Shown: positions 1-14,400 of the stretch, piece by piece
How positions within the stretch are numbered: position 1 is the stretch's first letter
How the letters are laid out: each line of letters opens with the position of its first letter
DNA from: Mytilus trossulus
Taxonomy: Eukaryota
Assembly (NCBI RefSeq): GCF_036588685.1
Contig: NC_086378.1
Location: forward strand, 33,604,001 to 33,668,000
Direction: 5' to 3'
Length of the DNA stretch: 64,000 nucleotides
The notes under the pieces: model-generated
The model's database searches: none
What the model saw: the letters and a program-made list of their open reading frames with translations, nothing else
What the model was told of the DNA's origin: nothing
Position numbers and translations under genes: made by a program

Positions 1-390
1 TTTTGAAAATATTCTTGGTATGAACCCACCCGAGCTATCTGATGCAGTGTTAGATCTTTTGAATAACAATGATTGTTGATGGTGTAAATATAGACTCATT
101 AGATACAGACATTTTGGAAGACGAAATAATTAAAGCACTAAAGAGACTTAAATCTGGGAAAAGTGCAGGTGAGGACGAAATTGTAGGTGATATGTTTTCG
201 TCATGTCCTATATTTTTCGCACCTATTTTTAAAACTTTGTTCAACTCGATCTTTGCTATCGGAATATATCCAGAAAATTGGACTGAATGTTAGTTATTCC
301 TGTTCCTAAAAGTGGTGATCTCATCAATCCGATTAATTATAGACCTATAATATTAGTAAGCATCCTTTCGAAGTTGTACACTGACTGTCA
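1..390 (+). mobile_element. Degenerate non-LTR retrotransposon (LINE) ORF2 fragment, start of RT region
   Basis: ORF 69-293 reads ...EIIKALKRLKSGKSAGEDEI...LFNSIF..GIYPENW; after a frameshift it continues VIPVPKSGDLINPINYRPIIL. These are the K-S-A/P-G-x-D and P-x-N-Y-R-P-I motifs of LINE RT. Frameshifted and truncated. Confidence 0.9.
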
Positions 391-1975
391 AAATAAAATA
401 AGTAAAGGCAGTATCGTGATCCGAGATTTCTGCTTCCACTAGTTTATATATATATATATATATCTTTTTCGTTTTTAGCAAATATTTTGTAATGGTTCCA
501 GAATGATAAAGTGCTTGAAGTTTAAAAGATGAACGAGGAATTATTTCAACTTTAAAATCATCGCCAGTGCTTTCTGCCACGGATCAAACAATTATTACGT
601 TCATCTGATTCAAACTTGCGTAGTTTTCGATCTTTCTAAAATGTGTTGTTGCAACAAAATATAAAAGCCGCTATGCGCTCAAGATGAACGACTGCAATCC
701 AGAACTCATACAAACACCCAAAACTGATGGACAGCAGTCCGACAATTGTCTGTCATCCTTTAATTTCAGGTTAGAAGCTTCCTCACTCTTAAAGGGGGAC
801 CAATTCTGTTTACTTGAGTTATTTTGTAGCCTGAACGATGGTCAAATGCCGGCAGTTCTTCAAGTTCACAGCTATCGCATTTTACACCTTAATTAATGTT
901 TAACTAATCCAACCTTTTATTTATTGCAGATACAAAAGTCGACTTCCCTACACTGGTAAATTTACTCAAACTTTCAGTCAATGTTTGTTGGTCACATTTA
1001 ACGACTTTTGTCTTTTCTTTTGACTTGAGGGAGCAAGTTTCAACGGAAATGACGAATCGTATATGATGCGGCATATTTACTGAATCTATCCGTCAATTAT
1101 TTATATTTTTACAATAAGACTTTTCTAACAAAGTATATTTCATGTTTTATAACAAAAAAACATTTATTCTAAACACAAAGTATGTACCATATTTTATTGC
1201 ACATTATTTGAAAATATTTGTATAATATAGCGAAAAATGCAGTCATTTCATATCAGTTTGGAGCGAACCATTGACTGATACACAAAATGTGATAGAAGGG
1301 AAGTGATTAAGTTCCGTTTTGAAATTTCAATAGTTTACTCTATCCTACTTCAATTGATTTTGGGGGCTTTTTTCGAATTTAGGTTCAGAAATTTTGACAC
1401 GTAAATAGTTTTATAAAATACTATACACTTAAAATATCATGGGATAGTTTGTATTACTACTATGAAGAAGAAAATAAAGTTTGTGTCAGAATTTGCAATC
1501 AAAATTATCTCAATTTTAAAAGGTCAAAACTTAACAAAAACAAAGCAAATTTTAAAGATTAGAAGAAAATACTGCATAGAATATTTTGACATATGAAAAT
1601 AGCGTCAGAAAAAAAACCCATTACAATTAAATGTAAGCAAACATAGACAAATTTTCAATTCTAAAGGGGGGGTTAACACTCTCCAATACACTACTAGTCA
1701 TTGAAACGATTTTTTAGAAAAATGTGACGATACGAAATTCTGACGACATGGCAAAACATAAGACATTTGTTTTTTGTCTTTTAAGTTTAGACCATTTTCA
1801 GTCGTGTGTTATTAGGGGAGATTAAACTCGCAATCTAGACGACTTTTTACACTTCTGTCACCGCACTTAATACTAGTACATCATTAGTGCATTTCAGTTC
1901 AGTCATGAAATACAATCATGATGATACCAAAGAAGTTAATCTTAAACTATGCACAAACATAATGAACAATCTAAC

Positions 1976-2080
1976 CTTAGTTGTTTTAACCATTGGATCC
2001 ATCCCTTTTTGTTTTATCAACCAGTTTGTTAACTCAATGTTTCCACTGAAAGCTGCCAAGTGTAATGTTGTTTCTCCGTC
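1976..2080 (-). CDS. Ankyrin-repeat exon (internal, 105 nt, phase 0/0)
   Basis: Minus strand tag|GACGGAGAAACA...ACAACTAAG|gttag encodes DGETTLHLAAFSGNIELTNWLIKQKGMDPMVKTTK, matching the ankyrin consensus G-x-T-x-L-H-x-A-A-x-x-G. Confidence 0.9.
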
Positions 2081-3560
2081 CTATAATGATAAATTAATTG
2101 TTATGTTTTAGAGATTTAAAGTTAAATAACTAAGTGTGTGTCTGGGAAATGTGATAACTTCGTGTATTCTACTGTTGCCTTTATTTACGTCCTTTCCGTA
2201 GTTTTCATAACTTCTGAAAAAATACATATCATTATACAAACATTCTAGCCAACACTAAATGTAAATATCAAGGTAGTGCTGAAAGTGGTATTAAACACTA
2301 ACCAGGTTATTGAACTACTAAGAACTTCCATTAGAACAAAACGATGTGTGTTTATGTAAGTTAATCAGGTTTAAGGATCGTTTCGATTCCTAAAAATCCT
2401 TCAGGATACTTTGTTCTCCTATAGATAATGTTACACCTTTTATAGAATAAAACTAACATAAAAATTGTATGGGATGTTTTCCACAGCAGAACTTTCCATT
2501 ATAAAATTACTCCTGTAAGATTCAAATTTTTCATTTAAAAGAAATACCTAATCCCATCGGAAACATCCAAAAATTGGGAAAATAAATCCTTATGGATAAA
2601 AGTAAATCAACACTTCAGAAATAAAAGTGGCGAAAGAAAAAAATGGAGATCAGAACAAAATCAAAAGGTCTCTCCTCAGAACAGTGAGATGACCTTTATA
2701 TTGTCTGTCAAGTTCACCTGTCAAAAGATAGAACATATTTAAGAAATATTTTAATAGTGGCCTTTATATGAATTTACTTTTACAGTACTATTCTTTTAAT
2801 ATCGCCATATATTTGAAATTAAAAATTGTCACTCATAACGATACAAGGATAGCAATTGTTATAGAGATAAACATTTCTATGAGTATAAAGGCATAATATG
2901 TCAAAGACAGATAATATAAATCAGATATAGATTGAATGGGTTATCAACTTAAGTTAGCACCATTTATTTTAACTTTTATTAACTTAAAAAACAAACTCTT
3001 TTAAATACAAATTGCAACTTTTGCTTTTTATTTAAATGATTTCTTTAATTACAATTAGTTATAAGTATATACTAATCAATGGTTTATGCAAACATATTAG
3101 ACTTGTATTTTTCTTAATTGAATATGCATAAGGCTTCTAAAATGAGTTTTGTCGATGCATTATCTAAATCCTTGGTAAAGGTTTGTTATTGTACGTTCAT
3201 ATTATGTTAAAAGTAAAATCTCTGTAAACAACGGTGAAGGGAACGTCCTTTGCATCCTTTAATATTAAAAAGTATGTATGCATAAACTTCTAATGGGACA
3301 GCAAACTAAAAACAAAATAATAAAATCATATTTGGATAGTAACACCTTTTCTTTTTAGAAGATATCATGATATCTTTAAAATTAGACCATCGTATATGCA
3401 ATTTGTCAAACCGTTAATCTTCGAAAGTCTGTAAATACTGTGAACAAAAAAAAATGTGTGAAATTGTTCGCTGTGTTTCTGTAATGGTTGACGGTTAATT
3501 GTAGTGTGTCTTTGAATATTCTCTATTTAACATATTAAAGAATAAAACATTCAATATTAC

Positions 3561-3665
3561 CCGTAATGATGTATCCAAAGGATCCATCCCAGCTTCTTCA
3601 ATTAGCCATTTCACGACCTTGAAATGTCCGAAATTAGCAGCCAGGTGCAATGATGTGTATCCACC
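3561..3665 (-). CDS. Ankyrin-repeat exon (internal, 105 nt, phase 0/0)
   Basis: tag|GGTGGATACACA...TTACGG|gtaata encodes GGYTSLHLAANFGHFKVVKWLIEEAGMDPLDTSLR. Confidence 0.9.
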
Positions 3666-4149
3666 CTACATACAATAAAACAACACTCATGTAAGCCTTT
3701 GAATTATTTAAGTCAAAATCAGAATACAGGCAAGTTCTCTAATTTTGATTTTTTTTATAAATAATGTTTTCTCAAATTTACATCAAATCTTGTGTGATAA
3801 GCTGTTTTGGTTATAAATATATATTACATGAATCACTGGTTAAAACAGAATGAAGGAGTTTTTATATTTACATTGGTATTCTACATAACCAATAATATAA
3901 TCCGAACACTTGTTTGATGTCCATATAACCTTTCTAATTAGCAACATGATTTTGTGTAAATACGGTATAAAAGAACCTATGATCAGACTGAGGAGAAGAT
4001 ATAAAATTTTACAAAACTCCTAAAATATTAAAGTAAGATTCATTTAAAATGCAGTTCATTACCCTACACTTATAACATGTAGTTCTAATATTTAAACGTG
4101 CGTGTTGAGGAAGGAAAAATCTAATTTCATCAAAACCTAAACTGACCGT

Positions 4150-4320
4150 TAGACTATAATAACAAATAACGGTGAAGTTTGATGTTAATCAAGCAATGTT
4201 TCTCAATATACGGTATGACGTGTTTGCGACGGACAGACGGATGGACGGATGGGCAGTCATTTTTATACATGTACCATAATACGTTCCGTCGAAATTTGAT
4301 GGGCATAAAAAAACCGGTGT
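4150..4320 (+). mobile_element. End of a non-autonomous Helentron/HINE-like interspersed repeat (second copy ~11090-11250)
   Basis: GACG/GATG-type microsatellite (gacggacagacggatggacggatgg) followed by cataatacgttccgtc...gatgggcataaaaaaa short hairpin and A tail. Family assignment is from recalled bivalve repeat architecture. Confidence 0.5.
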
Positions 4321-4936
4321 AATAAGTTCAGTTCCAGAAAACTCACGCGTACGACCTTGTACAAAATTTAAGCTGTTAATGTGTGGCCTTTGTTTTAACT
4401 GTTGACCAAATGAATTTACCAAATCCAAAAGTTTACTTTTTTATTTGAGTCCTTGTGATATAAGATGTCAGTTTTTTAATGAATATTGTGTTTTTCCCTT
4501 TTGTACCAGATCATTCTGAGACTAATAATGTTAGGGACATAATAATTAAGAACCAACATCTTATTTCACACATTTCATAACAAAAACATCCAACATATTT
4601 GTTCACACATGTTTTTGTGTTTTGTTCATAAAAAATTATATTTGTATAGAAATAAATATTTTACAATCATGTATATATCAAAAATACACGTGGTCCAAAA
4701 ACGACGAGAAACCAATCGACAATCGACAATCTGTTTGGTTTTCGCGTCTGTGCGTCTCTGAGTAAGATCTAGTGGACTTATATCTGACGTCTGATAATTG
4801 GCTAGGAGTAAAATAGGGCGTAAACCTCTATCTCCGTTATCATTGATCTTTTTTATTAATGATATTTTTTATAATATAACTGTTCCAAATAATGAATATA
4901 TAGTGAACCTAAATGGACTTTTTATCTATTTGATAC

Positions 4937-5135
4937 TTTTTCAACATTTACTTGACAAACTATCAAAATAATGTAGAACATGGAACATAGAAGTAAACAC
5001 TAATAAAACTAAAGAAGTTGTGTTCAGAAATGGATGGCAACTTGTAAATATTTATTTCATACATATTTAAATAGAACTTTAAATCGTAAATACCTACGTT
5101 TACCTTGGAACGTTGCTACACTTTAACGAGGAATT
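4937..5135 (+). mobile_element. Degenerate LINE RT fragment, C-terminal RT motifs (second copy ~11857-12060)
   Basis: Translates FQHLLDKLSK*CRTWNIEVNTNKTKEVVFRNGWQ...YVYLG, matching the LINE pattern L-Q-x-L-L-D...W-x-L-x-V-N-x-x-K-T-K...Y-L-G. Confidence 0.8.
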
Positions 5136-5894
5136 AAACGTGTTGCTATTTGTTTTCGTTGGACGAGTTGGGTATACCTATACATGTATGTTTTGAGAGA
5201 AAAATTAGTCTTAGAGGTATTGGTTACGTATTGTTATATATAAACCAGCTTTTGTGATAATAATTCATAGTCCTTTATGTTCCATCTTGGGGGCACGAAC
5301 AGTGCAATAAGCCATAGTCCTTTATATTCTATCTTTGTGATACGAACAGTGCAATAACCCATACGAATACCAATAATAATACGAAAGTTTTATTTTGATT
5401 TGGTTCACATATAACAATACAAATATAAGATAACATAGATTATATTAAAACACAGAACATGCAGATAAGTTATATAAACATCAAATTATTTCAAATGCAT
5501 ACAAAACAGCGCAAGCATATTGAATAACATGCAAAGCATCACTAAATACACATCTTCACATGCAAAAACTGAAGCATAACTAAATATTTCAGTACACATT
5601 AAAAATTAAGCACAAATAAAGATATAACACACAAAAGTCATGTAAAATTTAAGGCAAAATACAAACATGCCCATAGTCCTTTATATTTCTATAAATAGAC
5701 TAATGTAAACTCTCGCTCGTGGATTACTCTGTTTTAAAGAGATTTAAACAAAACTAGAAAGGAAACAAACAAAATTTTACAACAACCAATTTATGTCGAA
5801 CCTGGAAGCTCGACATAGGGTTAGTAATCCTGCTTCATCGGCGGCGGCAGCGTTAACTAATATATATTTTATAAGATGGAAGACATGGACTTTT

Positions 5895-6412
5895 TTATAC
5901 TTTGTATATGGATGCCTCATGTTACGAAGTTTCCGTCAGTCACATGTCCAATGTCCTTGACCTCATTTTCATGGTTCAGTGACTACTTTAAAAAAAAGTT
6001 AAAATTTTTTGTAATGTTAAATGCTCTCTTATTATAAGAAATAGGATAACTGTGTTTTGGTATGTTCGTACCTTGCAAGGTCTTCATGCCCATCAGAAAG
6101 TCTTTACTTGACCTCAACTTAGTGCTCTGTGTTAAAATTTTGGGTTTTGGTCTGTTTTTCTTAAACTTTAAGCAACAGGTCAACTATATTTGTTGTATGG
6201 AAGAATTAGTAGCTGTACATACCTGCCTGGCATGGTTCATCTGACCTTGACCTCATTTTCATGGTTCATTGGTTAATTTTTTTTATTTTCTTGGTTAATG
6301 TTAAGATTATGTGACAGTTGTAATAAAGCTTTATATTTAAGACTACATTGTATCAACATTATATCAATGATTAGTAAAGAAGGCGAGACATTCCAGCGTG
6401 TGCACTCTTGTT
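5895..6412. mobile_element. Non-autonomous interspersed repeat with internal TGACCTTGACCTCATTTTCATGGTTCA units (second copy ~12800-13320)
   Basis: Motif ccttgacctcattttcatggttca occurs at ~5955 and ~6245; element ends ggcgagacattccagcgtgtgcactcttgtt. Resembles abundant mussel Helentron-associated/MITE-like repeats. Confidence 0.6.
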
Positions 6413-6474
6413 ATCATATATGTTTGTGAACTCGAAAGGTGATGATACATAAACATGTGCATAAATATACGAAA

Positions 6475-6722
6475 ATGAGATATGATAGCAGAACAGACAA
6501 CTTTCCATCAAAGTCACAATTTATAAATTAACCCATCATAGGTCAAATTAATGCCATCAACACGGAGCCATAGCTCACACCGAACAGCATACTATAAAGG
6601 GCCCAAAAATTACTTTGATAGAACAATTGAAAAGAGAAAACCAAATGGTATAATCTATATAAAAAAAAAAAACATTTATGAACCATACCAACAAACGACA
6701 ACTACTTAACATCAGATTCCAG
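6475..6722 (+). repeat. Diverged copy of the AAGATGTGGTATGATTGCCAATGAGACAAC interspersed repeat family (also ~13385-13640)
   Basis: Colinear similarity to 24858-25062 (acaact..cca....ataggtca....gcc.tcaaca..gagc....gc.ca.accg...a...agctataaa.ggccc). Confidence 0.6.
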
Positions 6723-7695
6723 GTACTTTTGTCTATCGTTTCAAGGTTGTAAGTATAGATCTTGTTTCCATTATTCGTTGTCGAAACATCACATACTACG
6801 TCTCGATATAAACAATGAGATAAACGAAAAATTTGTGGCTATCTAAAAAGTTACTTAAGAGCAATCGAAATTTTGAAGATTTATAAATGGCGATAGATTG
6901 ACGCATTGCTTATGTTTTCATTAGTAAAAACTGCGCTCCTTAGTTATGATAGGCATTTGTTTGACCTTCCATATACTTTCCTACTGTAACCTTAAGACAG
7001 ACAAAGGCCATAGATTTTAACAGTTGGTGTGTGGTTATTTTCTGACAAGAACACGATATATAGGATTCACACCGAATACTTGCTGGCTAAAATAACATGT
7101 ATAGATTGTCACTTGACGTTACATAAACAACAATTTGAACCATTAACTTTACAATAGTCCTTAATATGCATGTAATACTTGGTTAACATTATGCAGCCAT
7201 AAATTACAATTATCGCTCCTAAAAGTCTTAATATAACAGGAAAAACAGTAATAAAATCGTTATTTCGAAACTCTTATGAAACATGTCCTGTCTATTGAAC
7301 TGTGAAAAAAAAATACATTCCAAATGCAGAAAATAGAAATGTTGACTGAAAAATCGGCGATGTTGGAATCTTTGCATGTAGATGTCATGTATGTTTCTTG
7401 GTTATTTTTCAAATTCATTGGCTGAAATTGATAAGTTAAAGTTCTTTGCGTTGCAAGTGATTGAGAGATAAAACAATTGTAAGGGAACCTAGTGTCTAGT
7501 CTTGTTTTGCGGTTAGTCGGAGGCTCAACAAATTTAGGGTAACAATTATTTAAAATGTTCCTCTGGATGCTATCTTTTGATTGTAAGAAGCTTATATCCA
7601 AGTTTGGTAAAACTCAAGGATTGTTTTGAATCTTATACATGTTTTAAATACTTTACATGCAGATTGTATGATAAGTTAACGTGAATGAAAAAAGT

Positions 7696-7815
7696 CTCAG
7701 ATAAGGGATGATTAGTACAAGAAACAGTATTATTGAGAAATAAAGCACTTTAATCATCATTACAGGACGGGGAAACAGTATTACAATTGGCATCTCAGAA
7801 AGGATACTTTGAGTT
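7696..7815 (+). pseudogene. Inverted, truncated copy of the ankyrin exon acceptor region
   Basis: ctcagataagggatgattagtacaagaaacagtattattgagaaa...taatcatcattacag|GACGGGGAAACAGTATTACAATTGGCATCTCAG (DGETVLQLASQKGYFE) is the reverse complement, with mismatches, of ~8440-8563. Confidence 0.85.
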
Positions 7816-8388
7816 ATTTATCTATCAGCGGGTAATATAGAACCACACACACGACCAATCATACCTCGCTTCAGTTTTCTAATGATCGTGTTTAGTCTAT
7901 AAGAATCGAAATAACTCATAGAAACCATAGATGTGTTGTAAATGTCGATGAATTTTTTTTTAAGTATATTTTTAGCGTCCATTGGCAAAAGATAGAGATC
8001 AGATTATCTATGCCGAGAACATATCAATGTGATTTACATTTGAAATCGGAAGTACCGATGTTCTGTTTTGATTTAAACGGTATTGCTGTCAGAACGATTG
8101 TAGACTCATGTAAAATGCTTACAAAACGGCTCAATTTTAACATTTAAACTTTTAACATCGCTCCGTCATCGATATACACTGTATCTAATTGCACATGTTC
8201 TACACGTGCCTAACTGAATGTCCATTAGTTTATTGATTGGTTGTTTGATTCATATAATGAAGTAATTTAGTTTTCTTGTGTTCACCATTTTAAGTCCTTT
8301 TAGATTTGAATACATTAACGAAAAATGCTCCTAACCTTGAGAGTGCAGTAATCTAAAACTTAACACAAACATAATGCAAAAATGTTAC

Positions 8389-8493
8389 CTTTGCTGTTTT
8401 AACCATGGGATCCATTCCTTTTTCTTCTATCAGCCATTTTGTAAACTCAAAGTTTCCGCTCTGAGCTGCCAAATGTAATACTGTTTCCCCTTC
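8389..8493 (-). CDS. Ankyrin-repeat exon (internal, 105 nt, phase 0/0)
   Basis: cag|GAAGGGGAAACA...GCAAAG|gtaac encodes EGETVLHLAAQSGNFEFTKWLIEEKGMDPMVKTAK. Confidence 0.9.
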
Positions 8494-11400
8494 CTGTAAT
8501 GATGATTAAAGTTTTATATTTCTCAATAATACTGTTTCTTGTTCTAATCATCAATTATCTGAGTACAAGAGGATGTGTGTCTATGTTGGTTTAACTAGAT
8601 GTTTGCAACATTTTATGTCATTGAACAGCCAATATGACAAAACAGAATGTCCATATCAAATCCTTTACGAATCGAAAAAAATCCCAAAGGATATAATTAT
8701 TCCCGGAGTTTTATCTCTTTTATGATAAAAAAAAATAAACAGCAGCGCCACGATTCTATTTCAAATATAATTATATTATCAATCTGTACAAATGAAGAGA
8801 ACGACGTGCAATCATTGTAAATTCTTTTCGTAATCTCCGGAATTTTCAAAACACTGTTATTGTTTACCCAAACTGTACAACCTGAATATTTTAGAAATAA
8901 TGTTTTCTCAAATTTACATCAAATCTTGTGTGATAAGCTGTAACTGTTTTGGTTATAAATATATATCACATGAATCACTGATCAAAACAGAATGAAGGAG
9001 TTTTTACATTTACATTGGTATTCTACATAACCAATAATATAATCCGAACACTTGTTTGATGTCCATATAACCTTTCTAATTAGCAACATGATTTTGTGTA
9101 AATACGGTATAAAAGAACCTATAATCAGACTGAGGAGAAGATATATATTTTTACAAAGGTTATGGCTTCCCTGTCACATCAATTTGTTTTCTTTGTTTCT
9201 TTTATATGCATCAGACAATAATGGTATTAATCCATTTTGTAATATCACAATAAAACTTGTGTCACTAGGTTGACGCTTTCGTATAAACATTTTAAACAAA
9301 ATAGACATCAAACTATTCAGAGGTCAAAAGAGAACAAAATCTCGACTGTCATTCCGTATCCCTAGAAATAAAGATCGTGAAAGAACATGAAATGGTAGTC
9401 AAACAATGCAATCATATAGTGAACGATCTGGCTACGCTTCGTGGGTGTAAAAAATATAATTCAACTTCTAAACGTTTTATGAATCACTATTTTTCGGAAT
9501 TTGTCAAAGAACTTTGAAATAACGACAAAAAATTACTTGTATTTCGATTTCGATTTTAACGTATGAAAGCAAACTAAAGCAAAGTAAAGGTATTTCTATC
9601 ATACTGTTACACGATAGCCATGCATTAATTGTATTGTATCGAATGTAGGGTGATTGGTTACCAGCGCAAACTATTACATATCGATGATCACTTAGTTGAT
9701 CGAAGGGTTCAATGTAAAATATTAAAGTAAGATTCATTTAAAATACAGTTCATTACCCTACACTTATAACATGTAGCTCTAATATTTAAACGTTCGTGTT
9801 GAGTAAGGTAAAGACTAACCTTAATTTACATTGTTTTGTTCGGCTTAGCTGACAGGGTGAGCGTTTGTCGGCAATATGCTAAATTATGACTACCAGAAGA
9901 CATTGTTTCGAACAGGGGCCGATCTTAAATACATGTTTTACAATTTTACTCAAAAATAGTGTTTGATTGTAGGAAACATGTGAATGTCAGTGATATTATG
10001 ATGTGATGAAATACATGCGGCTGTTTTCTGAAACATGCTTTGATGTCGGGTTTAAGGAATGCTCTGCTTTTAATAATACAATCTTTCCTCTTGATTGCAT
10101 ATCATGTAATATTGTTCGTTGAAATATGATCATTATTTGTCTACGTAACTCTTTTTCGACACAAGAAAGATTTATTCATTTTTTTTGTTACTTTCATTAA
10201 ATAAAATGTCCTAATCGTATTCGTTAATTGTCTTTATGAAACTTTTGAGTTCATGTTTGCAAACAGTACGGATGTGAATAAAGGATAAAATACATTATGG
10301 AAACTAATTCCTCTGGGGTGTAGTATACACTGATATTTTATCCTAATGCTCTCTTTTGATAATTTACACTCGGAAAGAGCATTGTGCACTTCTTGTGCAA
10401 TTAAATATATACAGCTACTAAAGTATAGTAGGGGATATTAGGTTTGTATTTTATTTGGGGAAGGGGTTACTGTTCCCAGGCAATACTAATTAGAGTATTT
10501 GTAGTATAATTCATTTTACTGATTTATTACAACTGTCCTTTAGTTTTCTTACCCATCAAGTTTAATAAATATAATTCATCTGAAAAAGGTCCACAACTCT
10601 GGAAGGAAAAATCAAAATTTCCCCCCAAAATATACAGAGTATATGACAATCATTAAAAACAAAAGTGTAAAGTTTGAATTTATTTTCATAGTGATAAAAT
10701 CTTTAATTTTGGATTTGATATCCTCTCAATATAACATAAATCACCTTTTTCATACTATTCTGTTATATTACTATCTTACCACGATAAACACATATTCTTC
10801 AAAGATATCTTGATATAATTTCGAGCCATCTTTTCGTACTATTTATTCGCCTTACTATGCTATTTTGTCAGAATACTATATCATACTTATACTTCTTTGA
10901 ACGACGTATAGCTATAATAGTAATACTTAAAAAGAATATGAAAAGTTTATTTTTTTGTTTATGTAGAAGTTAATAAGTTCGAGGTGAATATATATAGAAT
11001 GTGAAAAATTGACTCTTCCTTCTTATTCGAAAATAGTCCACAACTCTGGTAGGAAAATTCTTAATTCATCAAAAGCTATACAGACCGTTAGACTATCATA
11101 ACAAATAACGATGAAGTTTGATGTTAATCAAGCAATGTTTTCTCAATATACGGTATGCCATGTTTACGACGGACAGACGGATGGACGAATGGACTGACAT
11201 TTTTATACCATAATACGTTCCGTCAAAATTTGATGGGCATAACATAAACCGGAGTAATAGGTTCAGTTCCAGTAAACTCACGCGTAAGACCTTGTACAAA
11301 TGTAAGCTGTTAATGTGTGGCTTTTGTTTTAACAGTTGACTAAATGAATTTACCAAATCCAAAAGTTTACCTTGTGATATAAGATGTCTGGTTTTTTTAA

Positions 11401-14400
11401 TAAATATTGTGTGTTTTCCCTTTGGTAGCAGATCATTCTGAGACTGTTAATGTTAGGGACATAAGAATTAAGAACCAACATTGTATTTCACACATTTCAT
11501 AACAAAAAAAACAACATATTTTTTCACATGTTTTTGTGTTTTGTTCATAAAAGTTATGTTTGTATACAAATATATATTTTACAATCATGTATCTATTGAA
11601 AATACACGTGGTCCAAAGACGAAGAGAAACCAATCGACAATCGACAATCTTTTTGGTTTTCGCGTCTGTGCGTCTCTGAGTAAGATCTAGTGGACTTCTA
11701 TCTGACGTCTGATAATTGGATAGGAGTAAAATAGGGTGAAAACCTCTATCTCCGTTATCATTCATCTTTTTTTATTAATGATATTTTTGATAATATAACT
11801 GTTCCAAATAATGAAGATATAGTGAACCTAAATGGACTTTTTAATCTATTTGATACTTTTTCAACATTTACTTGACAAACTATCAAAATAATGTAGAACA
11901 TGGAACTTAGAAGTTAACACTAATAAAACTCAAGAAGTTGTGTTCAGAAATGGATGGCAACTTGTAAATAATGGTTTCATATATATTTAAATAGAACTTT
12001 CTATCGCAAATTCCTACGTTTACATTAGAACGTTGCTTCACTTTAACGAGGAATTAAACGTCTGGCTATTAGTTTTCTTTGGACGAGTTGGGTCATATAC
12101 CTATACATGTATGCTTTGAGAGAACAATTAGTCTTAGAGGTATTGGTTACGTATTGTTATATATTAACCAGCGTTTGTGATAATAATTCATAGTCCTATT
12201 TATTCCATCTTGGGGGTACGAACAGTGCAATAAGCCATTGTCCTTTATATTCCATCTTTGTGATACGAACAGTGCAATAACCCATACGAATACCAATAAG
12301 AATACGAAAGTTTGACTTTGATTTGGTTCACATATAACAATACAAATATAAGATTACATAGATTATATTAAAACACAGAACATGCAGATAAGTTATATAA
12401 ACATCAAATTATTTCAAATGCATACAAAACAGCGCAAGCATATTGAATAACATGCAAACACTGAAGCATAACTAAATATTTCAGCACACATGAAAAATTA
12501 AGCACAAATAAAGATATAACACACAAAAGTCATGTAAAATTTAAGGCAAAATACAAACATGACATGCCCATTGTCCTTTATATTTCTATAATTAGACTAA
12601 TGTAAACTCTCGCTCGTGGATTACTCTGTTTTAAAGAGATTTGAACAAAACTAGAAAGGAAACAAACAAAATTTTACAACAACCAATTTATGTCGAACCT
12701 GGAAGCTCGACATAGGGTTAGTAATCCTGCTTCATCGACGGCGGCAGCGTTAACTAACTTCTTAAAAGTTTTATATTTTAGAAGATGGAAGACATGGACT
12801 TTTTTTTATACTTTGTATATGGATGCCTCATGTTACGACGTTTCCGTCAGTCACATGTCCAATGTCCTTGACCTCATTTTCATGGTTCAGTGACTACTTT
12901 AAAAAAAAAGTTAAGATTTTTTGTAATGTTAAATGCTCTCTTATTATAAGAAATAGGATAACTGTGTTTTGGTATGTTCGTACCTTGCAAAGTCTTCATG
13001 CCCGTAAAGTCTTCACTTGACCTCGACTTAGTGCTCTGTGTTAAAATGTTGGGTTTTGGTCTGTTTTTCTTAAACTTTAAGCAACAGGTCAACTATATTT
13101 GTTGTATGGAAGAATTAGTAGCTGTACATACCTGCCTGGCATGGTTCATCTGACCTTGACCTCATTTTCATGGTTCATTGGTTATTTTTTTTATTTTCTT
13201 GGTTAATGTTAAGATTATGTGACAGTTGTAATAAAGCTTTATATTTAAGACTACATTGTATCAACATTATATCAATGATTAGTAAAGAAGGCGAGACATT
13301 CCAGCGTGTGCACTCTTGTTATCATATATGTTTGTGAACTCGAAAGGTGATGATACATAAACATGTGCATAAATATACGAAAATGAGATATGATAGCAGA
13401 ACAGACAACTTTCCATCAAAGTCACAATTTATAAATTAACCCATCATAGGTCAAATTAATGCCATCAACACGGAGCCATAGCTCACACCGAACAGCATAC
13501 TATAAAGGGCCCAATAATTACTTTGATAGAACAATTCAAAGGAGAAAACCAAATGGTATAATCTATATAAAAAAAACAAGAAACGAGAAACACTTATGAA
13601 CCATACCAACAAACGACAACTACTTAACATCAGATTCCAGGTACTTTTATCTATCGTTTCAAGGTTGTAAGTATAGATCTTGTTTCCATTATTCGTTGTC
13701 GAAACATCACATACTACGTCTCGATATAAACAATGAGATAAACGAAAAATTTGTGGCTATCTAAAAAGTTACTTAAGAGCAATCGAAATTTTGAAGATTT
13801 ATAAATGGCGATAGATTGACGCATTGCTTATGTTTTCATTAGTAAAAACTGCGCTCCTTAGTTATGATAGGCATTTGTTTGACCTTCCATATACTTTCCT
13901 ACTGTAACCTTAAGACAGACAAAGGCCATAGATTTTAACAGTTGGTGTGTGGTTATTTTCTGACAAGAACACGATATATAGGATTCACACCGAATACTTG
14001 CTGGCTAAAATAACATGTATAGATTGTCACTTGACGTTACATAAACAACAATTTGAACCATTAACTTTACAATAGTCCTTAATATGCATGTAATACTTGG
14101 TTAACATTATGCAGCCATAAATTACAATTATCGCTCCTAAAAGTCTTAATATAACAGGAAAAACAGTAATAAAATCGTTATTTCGAAACTCTTATGAAAC
14201 ATGTCCTGTCTATTGAACTGTGAAAAAAAAATACATTCCAAATGCAGAAAATAGAAATGTTGACTGAAAAATCGGCGATGTTGGAATCTTTGCATGTAGA
14301 TGTCATGTATGTTTCTTGGTTATTTTTCAAATTCATTGGCTGAAATTGATAAGTTAAAGTTCTTTGCGTTGCAAGTGATTGAGAGATAAAACAATTGTAA

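Noticed and set aside
5260-5690. Short repeats catagtccttta.. as a CRISPR-like array
   Set aside because: Only three irregularly spaced copies in eukaryotic intronic DNA, with no spacer periodicity or cas genes.
7260-7601. 113-aa minus-strand ORF (duplicated at 14178-14519)
   Set aside because: TTG start, intronic position, no recognisable domain.
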